64,000 nt of DNA from Clostridia bacterium (GTDB lineage: Bacteria; Bacillota; Clostridia; CAKSNL01; HGM11501): assembly GCA_045545475.1 (NCBI GenBank), contig JAZQAZ010000041.1, forward strand, positions 58,354-122,353. Direction: 5' to 3'. The notes beneath the pieces are model-generated. The model saw nothing but the letters and a program-made list of their open reading frames with translations. It made no database searches and was not told the origin of the DNA. The position numbers and the translations under genes were made by a program. Shown piece after piece: positions 30,394-39,501 of this stretch. Position 1 is the stretch's first letter. Each line of letters starts with the position of its first letter.

Positions 30394-30992
30394 CAAAATA
30401 GTTCCAATATTTTGAATTTTATATTGATTTTTTTGTCTTTTGTTTCTGTTATAAGCGAAAATCGTTCTTCTCCAAGCTCTTCCTTAAGAACATTTTCTCC
30501 ATCTTTGTCAAGCTTTGCCGTGACGTTGTCGGTAAAACACAACATTGGGTACATTATGCACCACCAGTTTTCACCCTTAGCCTCGCCGATTTTGATATTT
30601 ACAGCGTCATAAACTCCTCCGGGAAGGCGGATATTTTCGTAAATTTTCAGCGGAAATGAAGTTTTCCCCACATTTACAGTAACAGGATAATTGCATCCTT
30701 CTTCCCTTAAAGTTTTTTCTGCCACACTCACAAAAAGATTTTCGTTTTCCTTTACAATGGTTTTGGCCTCTTCTTTATTTTCCGCCGCAGAAAGCAAAGC
30801 TTTCGCTTCTCTTAACACTGCATCACGGACCTTAAGCTTAAGTTCCTGGTCGTTTTTTCCGTTGCTTTGTGCCACAACGTGCAATCTTAAAACCGAAGAA
30901 GCTATTATCATTTTTTCTCTTTGTGCGTAGATATAGAGAGAAAAAATCAATGCCATAGATACCACAATACCTAAAGTAAAAAGCTTTTTCAT
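30393..30992 (-). CDS. spoIIR: Stage II sporulation protein R
   Basis: LRLHVVAQS..DQELKLKVRD, FP.K.Y....LPGG.YDA, GENWWCIMYPMLC. Confidence 0.96.
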   Translation of the reverse strand: MKKLFTLGIVVSMALIFSLYIYAQREKMIIASSVLRLHVVAQSNGKNDQELKLKVRDAVLREAKALLSAAENKEEAKTIVKENENLFVSVAEKTLREEGCNYPVTVNVGKTSFPLKIYENIRLPGGVYDAVNIKIGEAKGENWWCIMYPMLCFTDNVTAKLDKDGENVLKEELGEERFSLITETKDKKINIKFKILELF

Positions 30993-31016
30993 AAGTTACT
31001 CCTTCTCTTTTTTCTT

Positions 31017-31046
31017 TAAGTATACCCTTTTGATAAGTACTTATAC
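31017..31046 (-). promoter_or_regulatory. Putative SigF promoter of spoIIR
   Basis: Minus strand GTATA-N14/15-GGGTATACTT; the -35 overlaps the spoIIIAH stop codon. Confidence 0.6.
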
Positions 31047-31565
31047 CTTTTTATATACCGATATTCCTATATTTGAACTGTCGGTTCCTGTTATTCTTAT
31101 TATAATTTCCTGGATTATGATTGCTTCTTTGGCCGTAAGTTCTTCTTCTTTTTCAATTATCACGCTGACAGAGCCTGTATTTATATACACCACCGCATCG
31201 GAAAAACCTTTTGCTTTTATTTCTGCTTCCGCAGCAGCTTCCTTCTCCATCCGCTCCGCCATATCCACAAGACGCATTTCCGCCTCTTTTTTGGATTCCG
31301 GCGTACTTTCAGGATTTTCGGCAACTTCTTTAAGGCTTTCCATTGCTCTGCTTCTTCCTGTGTCTCTTTCTCTTTTACAATCTCCGAAATAATCGCTGCT
31401 CTCTGTTATATTTTCTCCGGAAACAAGCCGTGCTTCACCTAAAGAATTATCCTCCGTATCATTTACAACCCCATTCTCAGAATGCTGATACGACCAGTTG
31501 AAATATCCTGCAAGGCCTATCATGGCAACAAGCACGGCTAAAAGAGCCTGCTTTTTCTTAAACAA
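31041..31565 (-). CDS. spoIIIAH: Stage III sporulation protein AH
   Basis: AGYFNW, YF...R.R...RS, EAEIKAKGF.DAVV; last gene of the spoIIIA operon. Confidence 0.93.
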   Translation of the reverse strand: MFKKKQALLAVLVAMIGLAGYFNWSYQHSENGVVNDTEDNSLGEARLVSGENITESSDYFGDCKRERDTGRSRAMESLKEVAENPESTPESKKEAEMRLVDMAERMEKEAAAEAEIKAKGFSDAVVYINTGSVSVIIEKEEELTAKEAIIIQEIIIRITGTDSSNIGISVYKKV

Positions 31566-31567
31566 AT

Positions 31568-32026
31568 CTATCCCTCCATTTTAAATATTTTTATATTGTG
31601 AAACGGTGCTCCGGTAAGAGCTGACACAGCTTCCAATATATCATTTTTCACTTTTTTGTCATCTCCGCCTTCGCATACTACCACGACGCCTCTTACAGAA
31701 GGATATTCCTCTTTAAGAAGTACAACATCACCTGACGCAGACACGGTTTTCTCACTTGTAGCATCTTTGTTTTCCGTCTTATCCGTAAGCGGAACCTTAG
31801 TGCCTTTATCATAAAAGCTCATCATAACCGAAACTCTTCCCGCCCCGCTTATTTCCTCCAGTATGCTCTCCGTTTTCTCAAGAAGTTCCTTTTCATAACT
31901 GCCTTCATAAGATACTTTTTCTTCTTTTTCCGCGGGAATAAAAAGAAATACAATCCCTATTATCAATATGAGCCAGATAAGTTTATTATTCTTAAATTTC
32001 TCAAGCGTTTTTTTAATATTCTCCAT
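31568..32026 (-). CDS. spoIIIAG: Stage III sporulation protein AG
   Basis: LEEISGAGRVSVM, YPSVRGVVVVCEGGD..VK..I.EAV; start moved to ATG 32026. Confidence 0.9.
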   Translation of the reverse strand: MENIKKTLEKFKNNKLIWLILIIGIVFLFIPAEKEEKVSYEGSYEKELLEKTESILEEISGAGRVSVMMSFYDKGTKVPLTDKTENKDATSEKTVSASGDVVLLKEEYPSVRGVVVVCEGGDDKKVKNDILEAVSALTGAPFHNIKIFKMEG

Positions 32027-32444
32027 ATATAATTTCAAGCCTTTCAGGTTGATACAACTCTTTGATTTTCTCCTTTTCTTCTTCCGGGACAATCTCTTTT
32101 GTATAAATTTCTATGCTTTTTACTGTATGCTCATCAGACACTTTAACGTATACATTACCGTAATGTGAAAGTGCTTCTTCAATGCTGTTTTCAAGTTCTG
32201 CTTTAAGATTATCCGAATATATTTTTTCAGCTTCTTCTCTTGACATTTCAAAGGATTCAATATTGTCAAATTCAAAAATTTCAGATATGTCAAGAACGGA
32301 TTTCAACGGTGCAATAAGAGCAAGAGATATTATTACCGAGCTTACAAGATGGGCATACTTTTTCACGTTGCCTTCAGGAAGAACTACAGAACTTACAGTT
32401 ACGATAACAGCCGATGCCAGAAGCGTCATAATATATCCTTCCAT
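32013..32444 (-). CDS. spoIIIAF: Stage III sporulation protein AF
   Basis: LPEGNVKKY..LV between two TM segments; operon position. Confidence 0.85.
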   Translation of the reverse strand: MEGYIMTLLASAVIVTVSSVVLPEGNVKKYAHLVSSVIISLALIAPLKSVLDISEIFEFDNIESFEMSREEAEKIYSDNLKAELENSIEEALSHYGNVYVKVSDEHTVKSIEIYTKEIVPEEEKEKIKELYQPERLEIIYGEY

Positions 32445-32447
32445 AGC

Positions 32448-33563
32448 TCACCCCTTGTATGAAAAAAGTAATATAGCAGCGGAAATCACATATTGTGCCG
32501 CCGTAACAGATACTATTCCGAAAAGCATTCCCATAACCTCGCCCACAGACGTTACAGCCTTTGAAAGCCTGGTATCGCATATAGGTTCAAGCACGGCTCC
32601 CGTAAGATTATATATAAAACTTACTGCGGCACATTTTATAACAGGATATGCCGCTATAAGAAGAATAGCAATAATCCCCGCTATCCCGGCGGAATTTTTA
32701 ATCATTCCCATCGATGCCGTAATTGCCGATATACTGTCTGCAAGTGCACCGCCTGCCACCGGCACAAAGGTGCCTACCGCAAACCGAGCTGTTTTAATTC
32801 CCATATTTTCAGCGGTTCCGGCGGCGAATCCGGAAAGGCTTAATACCGCCGTAAAAATCAGCAAAGTAAATCCCAAAATTCTTCGCATAAACTTATCCGC
32901 CATCACGCTAAGATTTGTAAGACTTTTGCTCCCTGTCATATTATTTATAAATTTCAGGGCAAAAGAAGCGTAAAGAAGAGGAAGAATAACATTTTCTGTT
33001 ATGTATGAGCTTATCGCAATCGCCGTCAGTATTTCAGTATGCAAAACGGATGCGGAAATAACCCTCCCTTCAGAGGCGGACAGCACCGAAAGCATCGGTA
33101 TAAGCGATTTCATAAAGACTCCCATATCTTCTATACTTGCCTTTGCACATTCTGATATTTCATTAAATCCGGTGGCTGAAATCCCGGCAAGAAGGGCATA
33201 GCAACATAAAAAGGCCGCATCACTTACTCCGCCTGAACCAAAGCCTGATGCAAGATTTGACACAAAGGAACAAAGGATTCCCAAAAGCATTACAGCTCCC
33301 ATTATTTTTACGTTTGAACGCACCTCGGAAAATATCATATCAACGCCTTTCATAACCACTCCCTTTAAACTTGCATCATAGTTTCCGCTCTTAATTTTTT
33401 CCGCAGTTTCGTAAAACGAAAACTCAGGATAAACATTTATTATATTATCCATTGCTCTTGCACTGATTGAGCTTTCCACTTCTCTTACCATTTCTGTTTC
33501 TGCACCCAGGGCCGTAAAATGAAAAAGTGCAGTAAATATCAAAATAATCGCAGGTATCTTCAT
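32448..33563 (-). CDS. spoIIIAE: Stage III sporulation protein AE
   Basis: Multi-TM; FVPVAGGALAD..IKNSAGIAG; EPICD.R. Confidence 0.94.
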   Translation of the reverse strand: MKIPAIILIFTALFHFTALGAETEMVREVESSISARAMDNIINVYPEFSFYETAEKIKSGNYDASLKGVVMKGVDMIFSEVRSNVKIMGAVMLLGILCSFVSNLASGFGSGGVSDAAFLCCYALLAGISATGFNEISECAKASIEDMGVFMKSLIPMLSVLSASEGRVISASVLHTEILTAIAISSYITENVILPLLYASFALKFINNMTGSKSLTNLSVMADKFMRRILGFTLLIFTAVLSLSGFAAGTAENMGIKTARFAVGTFVPVAGGALADSISAITASMGMIKNSAGIAGIIAILLIAAYPVIKCAAVSFIYNLTGAVLEPICDTRLSKAVTSVGEVMGMLFGIVSVTAAQYVISAAILLFSYKG

Positions 33564-33578
33564 ATCTTCCTCCGTAGA

Positions 33579-33962
33579 TTAAATCATATCAGAAATCACT
33601 CTCATAAGGGCACTTACTGCAGGAAGGGCCGAGGCACATATCAAAACCTTTCCAAACAGTTCCACCTTCCCAGACAAAGCTACTTCTCCGGCATCTTTGC
33701 ATAATTCCGAGGCACTTTGAGTTATGTAGGCAATCCCTGTTATTTTTATAACTGTTTTATATATTCCTGTATCAAGTCCTGTTTTTTCGGCAAGGGATTT
33801 CAATGTTTCTATTATGCCTGACACTTCTGAAAATGTTATAAAAAGGACATATGTGCTTATGGCAAGTGCAGTTAAAAGAGCCCATTCTCCCCTTAGAATC
33901 TGCTTAAAAAACATGCACATAACACTTCCCAGTATGCATATTCCCGCAACTTTTAAAATCAT
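33579..33962 (-). CDS. spoIIIAD: Stage III sporulation protein AD
   Basis: KITGIAYIT..ASELCKDAGE..L..KVEL.GK. Confidence 0.94.
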   Translation of the reverse strand: MILKVAGICILGSVMCMFFKQILRGEWALLTALAISTYVLFITFSEVSGIIETLKSLAEKTGLDTGIYKTVIKITGIAYITQSASELCKDAGEVALSGKVELFGKVLICASALPAVSALMRVISDMI

Positions 33963-34153
33963 AGGCCAAATACCGCTTTTATGTTTTCAAAAAGCTCTCC
34001 TACCTCCGGAATTACAATCGCAAGAACTACTATAAGTCCCGCTATTGTAACAAGCAAAGCCTGTTCGTCCCTCCCGGATTTTCCCACAATCATATTAAGA
34101 ACGGCCACAATAAGTCCGACTCCTGCCACCTTAAAAACAAATTCAATACCCAT
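33959..34153 (-). CDS. spoIIIAC: Stage III sporulation protein AC
   Basis: FKVAGVGLIVAVLN....SGRDEQA..VTIAG; 64 aa. Confidence 0.95.
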   Translation of the reverse strand: MGIEFVFKVAGVGLIVAVLNMIVGKSGRDEQALLVTIAGLIVVLAIVIPEVGELFENIKAVFGL

Positions 34154-34165
34154 AAAGTCCTCCGA

Positions 34166-34579
34166 TTATATAAGCACAACCGTGATTAAAAGTCCGAAAA
34201 GCAGAAACCCGCCCTTTATGAGCTTCGCTTCTTTTTTGTATTTCTTCCTTTCCTCTTCCTCTTCGCAAAGAAGCTTCCTTTCATATGCGGCTATGTTTGA
34301 AAGCTGACCTTCCGCAGTTTCCGATTTTATCCCTTGAAGGAAATTGATAAAATCTTTTTCATCTTCACCCGAAACCCGACCCTCGTATCCCCGGATACCG
34401 CTTTTTTCAAGTGCCTTTGGCAAAGGAAGTGAAAAAACTTCCACCGCCATCTTAAAATCCGAAAGAGCAATAAGCATACTTTCTATAAATTCAAGCCGTT
34501 CCCTTTTGCTTTCTGCCAGTTTTTGCCCTATCGCATAAACAGCAACGACAATTAATACCGAACCCCAAAGCTTTAACAT
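34166..34579 (-). CDS. spoIIIAB: Stage III sporulation protein AB (short)
   Basis: MLKLWG N-terminal TM, PLP.AL, C-terminal K....KL....G...G TM; operon position. Confidence 0.85.
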   Translation of the reverse strand: MLKLWGSVLIVVAVYAIGQKLAESKRERLEFIESMLIALSDFKMAVEVFSLPLPKALEKSGIRGYEGRVSGEDEKDFINFLQGIKSETAEGQLSNIAAYERKLLCEEEEERKKYKKEAKLIKGGFLLFGLLITVVLI

Positions 34580-35496
34580 AAATCTAAAATCTCCTCAACG
34601 GTACCGGGCCCTTTTTTTCTGCTTAAAATAATTACTTTTTCAAATGCTCCTTCGGACAGCAGTTCTTTTATGCCGCTTTTTCTCTTTACATCAGAAACAG
34701 AAAAGCCATGGGCGGAGGCGATAACAGAAACGCCGGAATTAAGTGCTTGCATAACGGCATAAACATCTTCTTTAGTTCCTATTTCGTCTGTAATCACAAT
34801 ATCGGGATTCATCGCCCTGATAAGTGAAACAATTCCCTCTGCTTTTGGGCAGTTGTCCATAACAAAGGATAGGCTCCCTATGTCGTTTTCCGCAATTCCT
34901 TCAAAGCAGGCGGCAATTTCTCCTCTCTCATCTGCGATTGCCACTTTTTTCATGAAAAAAGGACTTCCAAGCTTTCTTGCAATATCACGAAGCATTGTGG
35001 TTTTTCCGCATCCAGGTGGCGAAACTATAAGAGTGTTTAATACTCTTTTGCCGTTATAAATATGTGGCATCACGCTATCTGCCGCCCCTTTGATTTCCCG
35101 AGCAATTCTTATATTTACAGCAGAAAAATCCGTTATATATTTTATTTTCCCGTTTTCTTCTATGCACCGCCCCGTTATTCCTGCACGGTGCCCTCCTCGT
35201 AGCGGAATAAAGCCCTTTTTGATATGCTCCTGATTTGAATACACAGAGTTTTCGCAAAGCAAAGTTACGATTTCAGAAAGTTCCTCCTTTGAAAAAAAAG
35301 CTGCTTTTTCATATTCTGTGGTTTCTCCGTTTTCTCCCAAAAAATAAAGTCCGCTTTTTTTCAGAACACATACGGCATCGTTTGCTTTAATTCTTATTTC
35401 CTCCGTACGTTCGGGAGCTGCCAAATCTGCCAGCATAATTTTTTTAAGTCTCTCTGGAAAATAGTTTTCTGACAAAAACTTAAGTCCTTTGTCCAT
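34573..35496 (-). CDS. spoIIIAA: Stage III sporulation protein AA (ATPase)
   Basis: EEIRI, GGHRAG, NIRIARE, SPPGCGKTT, DERGEIA, TDEIG. Confidence 0.97.
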   Translation of the reverse strand: MDKGLKFLSENYFPERLKKIMLADLAAPERTEEIRIKANDAVCVLKKSGLYFLGENGETTEYEKAAFFSKEELSEIVTLLCENSVYSNQEHIKKGFIPLRGGHRAGITGRCIEENGKIKYITDFSAVNIRIAREIKGAADSVMPHIYNGKRVLNTLIVSPPGCGKTTMLRDIARKLGSPFFMKKVAIADERGEIAACFEGIAENDIGSLSFVMDNCPKAEGIVSLIRAMNPDIVITDEIGTKEDVYAVMQALNSGVSVIASAHGFSVSDVKRKSGIKELLSEGAFEKVIILSRKKGPGTVEEILDLC

Positions 35497-35624
35497 TAAA
35501 TCTCCGCCTTTATCTTAGTCTTACCTCATTATATTAGCATGTCCTCATTATTAGAACAAAAAAGAGCTGTAAAAAATTACAGCCCCAATCCTCTTTTGAT
35601 TTTTTCTTATGTATGCAGATGGCT

Positions 35625-35696
35625 TTATTTTATCTTAAACGCTTTCTTAAGTATTGCACCCACGAATTTTGACGGTTTGATAACTACTACCTTCAT
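35625..35696 (-). CDS. spoVM: Stage V sporulation protein M (23 aa, absent from the ORF track)
   Basis: MKVVVIKPSKFVGAILKKAFKIK after RBS AGGAGG; amphipathic SpoVM-like pattern with Pro and KF..I. Confidence 0.8.
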   Translation of the reverse strand: MKVVVIKPSKFVGAILKKAFKIK

Positions 35697-35706
35697 AAAA
35701 ACCCTC

Positions 35707-35859
35707 CTAACATCCGAAAAAGAGTATATAGCCGAAGATTAGAATTATAATTGCCTCCATAGCGGCAATAAACCACACGGGCATTATAAATGCAAGAAGT
35801 GCTCCGAGAGCAAATGCCACGGCACAGGTGCATAAAGATGTTCCTTTTCTTCTCTTCAA
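35707..35859 (-). CDS. Small two-TM hypothetical protein (50 aa) coupled to spoVM
   Basis: TTG start after AGGAGGGAG; MKRRKGTSLCTCAVAFALGALLAFIMPVWFIAAMEAIIILIFGYILFFGC; stop overlaps the spoVM RBS. Confidence 0.7.
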   Translation of the reverse strand: MKRRKGTSLCTCAVAFALGALLAFIMPVWFIAAMEAIIILIFGYILFFGC

Positions 35860-35915
35860 CTCAATCTCCCTCCTACAAAACCATATTATGTAAAAAGGGA
35901 AAATGTGTGAATAGA

Positions 35916-35948
35916 AAAGCGACTGTGAATTTCACAGTCGCAAAAAAA
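35916..35948 (-). terminator. Intrinsic terminator after the acyl-CoA synthetase gene
   Basis: GCGACTGTGAA-T-TTCACAGTCGC flanked by A/T runs. Confidence 0.8.
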
Positions 35949-38204
35949 TCATTTTCTGTTTTTATCGTTTTCTCTTATTTCTACTCGTCTTACCTTACCG
36001 CTGATGGTTTTGGGAAGTTCTGCCACGAAGTCAACAATTCTGGGATATTTGTAAGGAGCGGTTCTCTTCTTTACATATTCCTGAATTTCCTTCTTAAGTT
36101 CGTCAGAGCCTTCCTTGCCCTTTACCAGAACGATTGTAGCCTTTACAATCTGACCTCTGATTTCGTCGGGTACTGCGGTGATTGCACATTCAAGAACATA
36201 GGGAAGCTCCATAATTACGCTCTCAATTTCGAAGGGTCCGATTCTGTAACCGGAGGACTTTATAACGTCGTCGATTCTACCCACGTAGAAGAAATATCCT
36301 TCCTCGTCACGTGTTGCCTGGTCGCCGGTGTGATAGAAACCATCGTGCCAAGCTTCCTTCGTCTTAGCCTCGTCAAGATAGTACCCCTTAAAGAGTCCTG
36401 CGGGAACCTCCTCGCTTGTTCTGATACAGATTTCACCTGCTTCACCGGGTGCACATTCTTTGCCATCCGCATCAAGAAGGGTTACATCGTAAAGAGGACT
36501 GGGAAGTCCCATAGAACCAAGCTTCGGATGTGTGCCCACAAGGTTGCCGATCGCAAGGGTTGTTTCCGTCTGTCCGAAGCCTTCCATAATTGTAAGACCT
36601 GTCGCCTCACGGAACTTGTTGCTTACTTCGGGATTTAATGCCTCACCTGCTGTTGTAGCATATTCAATAGAAGACAAATCATACTTTGACAAATCTTCTT
36701 TTATAAAGAAGCGGTACATTGTGGGAGGTGCGCAGAATGTTGGGATGTTGTATTTTGCAAACATGGGAAGAATTTCTTCAGACTTAAAGCGGTCAAAGTC
36801 ATAGGTGAATACACCTGCTTCGCAGAGCCACTGTCCGTAGAACTTGCCCCAGAGTGCCTTACCCCAACCGGTGTCGGAAATGGTAAAGTGGAGTCCGTCG
36901 GGATTTACATTATGCCAGTATTTAGCTGTGATATAGTGACCCAGTGCGTATTTATAGGAGTGTGCCGCAATTCTGGGATATCCAGTTGTACCTGAGGTAA
37001 AGAGCATAAGCATTGTGTCATCGCCGCAGGGAGAATTTTCTGTGCGTTCATAAACGTCAGAGAATTTTTCCATTTCGACGTTAAAGTCGTGCCATCCTTC
37101 CTTACATCCGCCCACCATAATTTTAGTGATGTTTCTGCCTTCTGCCGCCTTTGCTGCATGGTCTGATACCTCGCCGTCAGCAGTACAGATTACAGCCGCA
37201 ACACCTGCCGCCTTATAGCGATACTCAAAGTCATGTTCAACCAACTGATTTGTAGCAGGGATTGTTACCGCTCCGATTTTATGAAGGGCAAGCATTGTAA
37301 ACCAGAACTGATAATGACGCTTAAGAACGATCATTACCGTATCGCCCTTCTTTATTCCGAGACTTTCAAAGTAGTTTGCGGTCATATTGGAATATTTCTT
37401 CATATCGCCGAAGGTAAAGCGTCTGTCCACTCCGTCCCCTGATACCCACATCATAGCAGTCTTATCAGGAGTTTTGTCGGCAATAGCGTCAACACAGTCA
37501 AATGCAAAGTTGAACTTATCGGCATTTTTGAAGCTTATCTTCTGAAGCACACCTTCTTCATTTGTTACGCAGTCGATAAAGTCATCTGCCACGGTTTTTC
37601 CGGTGCTCTTTCTTACGGTAACGGCCTTTTTCTCTGTTTCAGCCTTTTCCTCGCCCGCCATAACAATAGCATAAATTTCGCAGGGAGCATTATCCATTGC
37701 AGAAAGTGCATGGGGTGCGCTGCTGTCATAGTAGATGCTGTCTCCCGGCTCTAAAATTTCCGTGCGTTCATTTATTGTTATCTTAAGTCTTCCGGATACA
37801 ACAATGTCAAGCTCCTGACCTGCATGGGAGGAATAAGATGTTTCTCCCTCAATATAAGGAATTTTAACCAAGAAAGGCTCAGCCGTTTTATTTTTAAATG
37901 AAGGTGCAAGATGCTGATAGTGGAAGCCCGATTTTCTTTCGATTGGCATTCCCTCTCCCTTTTTGACATAGTTATATAAGGAAAGCATGGGGCTTGAACC
38001 CTCTAAAAGGTCCTTAATTTCTACGCCGAATGCCTGGGCGCACTTATAAATAAAGGTGAACCCGAAATCCGACTCTCCCTTTTCAAAGGAAAGGTATGTT
38101 GCTTCTGTCACATCCGCAAAGTTCGCCATTTCAGCTGTCGTATAGCCCTTAATTTCGCGAAGCTCCTTAACACGGAGTGCAATTTCTTTTAATTTGCTGT
38201 TCAT
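35949..38204 (-). CDS. XRE HTH-cupin fused to a short/branched-chain acyl-CoA synthetase (AMP-binding)
   Basis: N-terminal HTH RVKELRE..EKGE; cupin HAGQE..PGDSIYYDS..PH; FTSGTTGYP, EGFGQTET, YHTGD, GYRIGPFEIES, PKTISGK. Confidence 0.92.
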   Translation of the reverse strand: MNSKLKEIALRVKELREIKGYTTAEMANFADVTEATYLSFEKGESDFGFTFIYKCAQAFGVEIKDLLEGSSPMLSLYNYVKKGEGMPIERKSGFHYQHLAPSFKNKTAEPFLVKIPYIEGETSYSSHAGQELDIVVSGRLKITINERTEILEPGDSIYYDSSAPHALSAMDNAPCEIYAIVMAGEEKAETEKKAVTVRKSTGKTVADDFIDCVTNEEGVLQKISFKNADKFNFAFDCVDAIADKTPDKTAMMWVSGDGVDRRFTFGDMKKYSNMTANYFESLGIKKGDTVMIVLKRHYQFWFTMLALHKIGAVTIPATNQLVEHDFEYRYKAAGVAAVICTADGEVSDHAAKAAEGRNITKIMVGGCKEGWHDFNVEMEKFSDVYERTENSPCGDDTMLMLFTSGTTGYPRIAAHSYKYALGHYITAKYWHNVNPDGLHFTISDTGWGKALWGKFYGQWLCEAGVFTYDFDRFKSEEILPMFAKYNIPTFCAPPTMYRFFIKEDLSKYDLSSIEYATTAGEALNPEVSNKFREATGLTIMEGFGQTETTLAIGNLVGTHPKLGSMGLPSPLYDVTLLDADGKECAPGEAGEICIRTSEEVPAGLFKGYYLDEAKTKEAWHDGFYHTGDQATRDEEGYFFYVGRIDDVIKSSGYRIGPFEIESVIMELPYVLECAITAVPDEIRGQIVKATIVLVKGKEGSDELKKEIQEYVKKRTAPYKYPRIVDFVAELPKTISGKVRRVEIRENDKNRK

Positions 38205-38261
38205 GTAATCACCTCATAAAATTTTTATATATTGAAAATTTTCAATTTTAAGCTAAGTAAA

Positions 38262-38512
38262 AACAAAAAACTCGTCTCATTCTTGAGACGAGTTACATTA
38301 CCCGCGGTACCACTCAATTTGTGCTTTCGCACCACTCTTCAGGCTCCAACAAGCCCTATGCACTAACGCAGCATTCTCGGGAGAAGCTTACTTTTTATTC
38401 AGCCCTCCGACTCGGAAGTGATGGGTCTTTGTATCATCTTGCTATCTGCTCACACCAAACGCAGACTCTCTGAAAGCTCAAAGGTACGACCGTCTTCGTC
38501 ACAGTCTTTATT
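38262..38512 (-). promoter_or_regulatory. T-box riboswitch, Ile (AUC) specifier, transcriptional terminator type
   Basis: Stem I with AGAGA and GGTGTGA loops; GACCC-ATC-AC specifier (38422-38420); AATTGAGTGGTACCGCG T-box at 38319-38303; terminator CTCGTCTCA..TGAGACGAG followed by a T run. Confidence 0.9.
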
Positions 38513-38526
38513 ATTGATTTTTTTGA

Positions 38527-38555
38527 ATTATAGCACACTATTTTTTATTTGTCAA
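38527..38555 (-). promoter_or_regulatory. SigA promoter for the T-box leader
   Basis: TTGACA-N17-TATAAT with TGn extension. Confidence 0.85.
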
Positions 38556-38644
38556 TAATTTTTTTCACATTTTTTTGTTTTTTTCATAAGATGTATTGAA
38601 AAGGAGCAGTTTTATAATTTGCCCCATATAAAAGGAGGATTTTT

Positions 38645-39463
38645 ATGGACGATAAAATTTTATCTGCGACAGAATGTTCTTCATGTACGGAAAACGTCTG
38701 CATAAACGCATCACAGATTTACGATTCCTGCAGAGCAAAAGAATGTCTTGAAAACTTAAGAGTTTACATAAGTCCCGAAAGCCAGAGGATTATCGATTCC
38801 GCAAACAAAATCACAGCCGAAAAAGCCGAAGTGATCTGGATTTATTCCGATGTGGATTCCCTTCTCTTTCACAAAGGCTATTACACAGTTAATCTGAAAT
38901 TTTATTTCCGCGTAGAATTAAATGCATACACAGGCCTGCGCCGTCCCGTGACAGTTGACGGCCTTGCCATGTTTGACAAAAAGATTGTACTTTTCGGTTC
39001 TACCGGCGAAGCTAAAATTTTCCAGTCCAAGTACAAGGAAGACAGCTTTGATTTCTCCACCTGGAAAAAGACCAATATGCCAAATGCGGTAATCGAAGTT
39101 GTTGACCCCATGGTACTTGACACTCTTGTATTAAACGGAGATTCAATCCCGACATGTGATTCTGATGTAACTGCCGTTCCCGACTGTGTACAGAGAGTTT
39201 TTGAAGGAGCAATCGGCGACACCGTAGAGGGCAAAAACATCTACGTTACCCTGGGACTTTTCCTGATGGTACGTCTGGAGCGTGAAGTTCAGCTTTCCGT
39301 TCCCGCAACAAGCTTCTGTATCCCCGATTCCGTCTGCCATAAGGAGGAAGGAACGCCTCAGGATCCCTGTGATATGTTCAGGGAAATTTCCTTCCCCATC
39401 GAAGAATTTTTCCCTCCCAACAAGTGCGAAGTCCAGACGGACTGCAATTGCGAGGATAATTAA
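38645..39463 (+). CDS. Cys-rich hypothetical protein, candidate spore coat/exosporium protein
   Basis: CI....IYDSCR.KECLE.LRVY N-terminus, PCDMF..I.FP..EFFPP C-terminus; upstream TCACAT..CATAAGAT SigK/SigE-like promoter; RBS AAGGAGG. Confidence 0.65.
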   Translation: MDDKILSATECSSCTENVCINASQIYDSCRAKECLENLRVYISPESQRIIDSANKITAEKAEVIWIYSDVDSLLFHKGYYTVNLKFYFRVELNAYTGLRRPVTVDGLAMFDKKIVLFGSTGEAKIFQSKYKEDSFDFSTWKKTNMPNAVIEVVDPMVLDTLVLNGDSIPTCDSDVTAVPDCVQRVFEGAIGDTVEGKNIYVTLGLFLMVRLEREVQLSVPATSFCIPDSVCHKEEGTPQDPCDMFREISFPIEEFFPPNKCEVQTDCNCEDN

Positions 39464-39501
39464 CAAAAAGCTGAACACCCGCCAGGTGTTCAGCTTTTTG
39501 T
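39463..39501. terminator. Bidirectional terminator
   Basis: ACAAAAAGCTGAACACC-CGCCA-GGTGTTCAGCTTTTTGT. Confidence 0.88.

Noticed and set aside
32182-32973. 263-aa plus-strand ORF, and similar long antisense ORFs at 25409, 26698, 29203 and 47813
   Set aside because: Lie opposite well-supported genes; composition typical of antisense frames
35790-36638. 282-aa plus-strand ORF
   Set aside because: Antisense shadow of the acyl-CoA synthetase; no RBS or recognisable motifs
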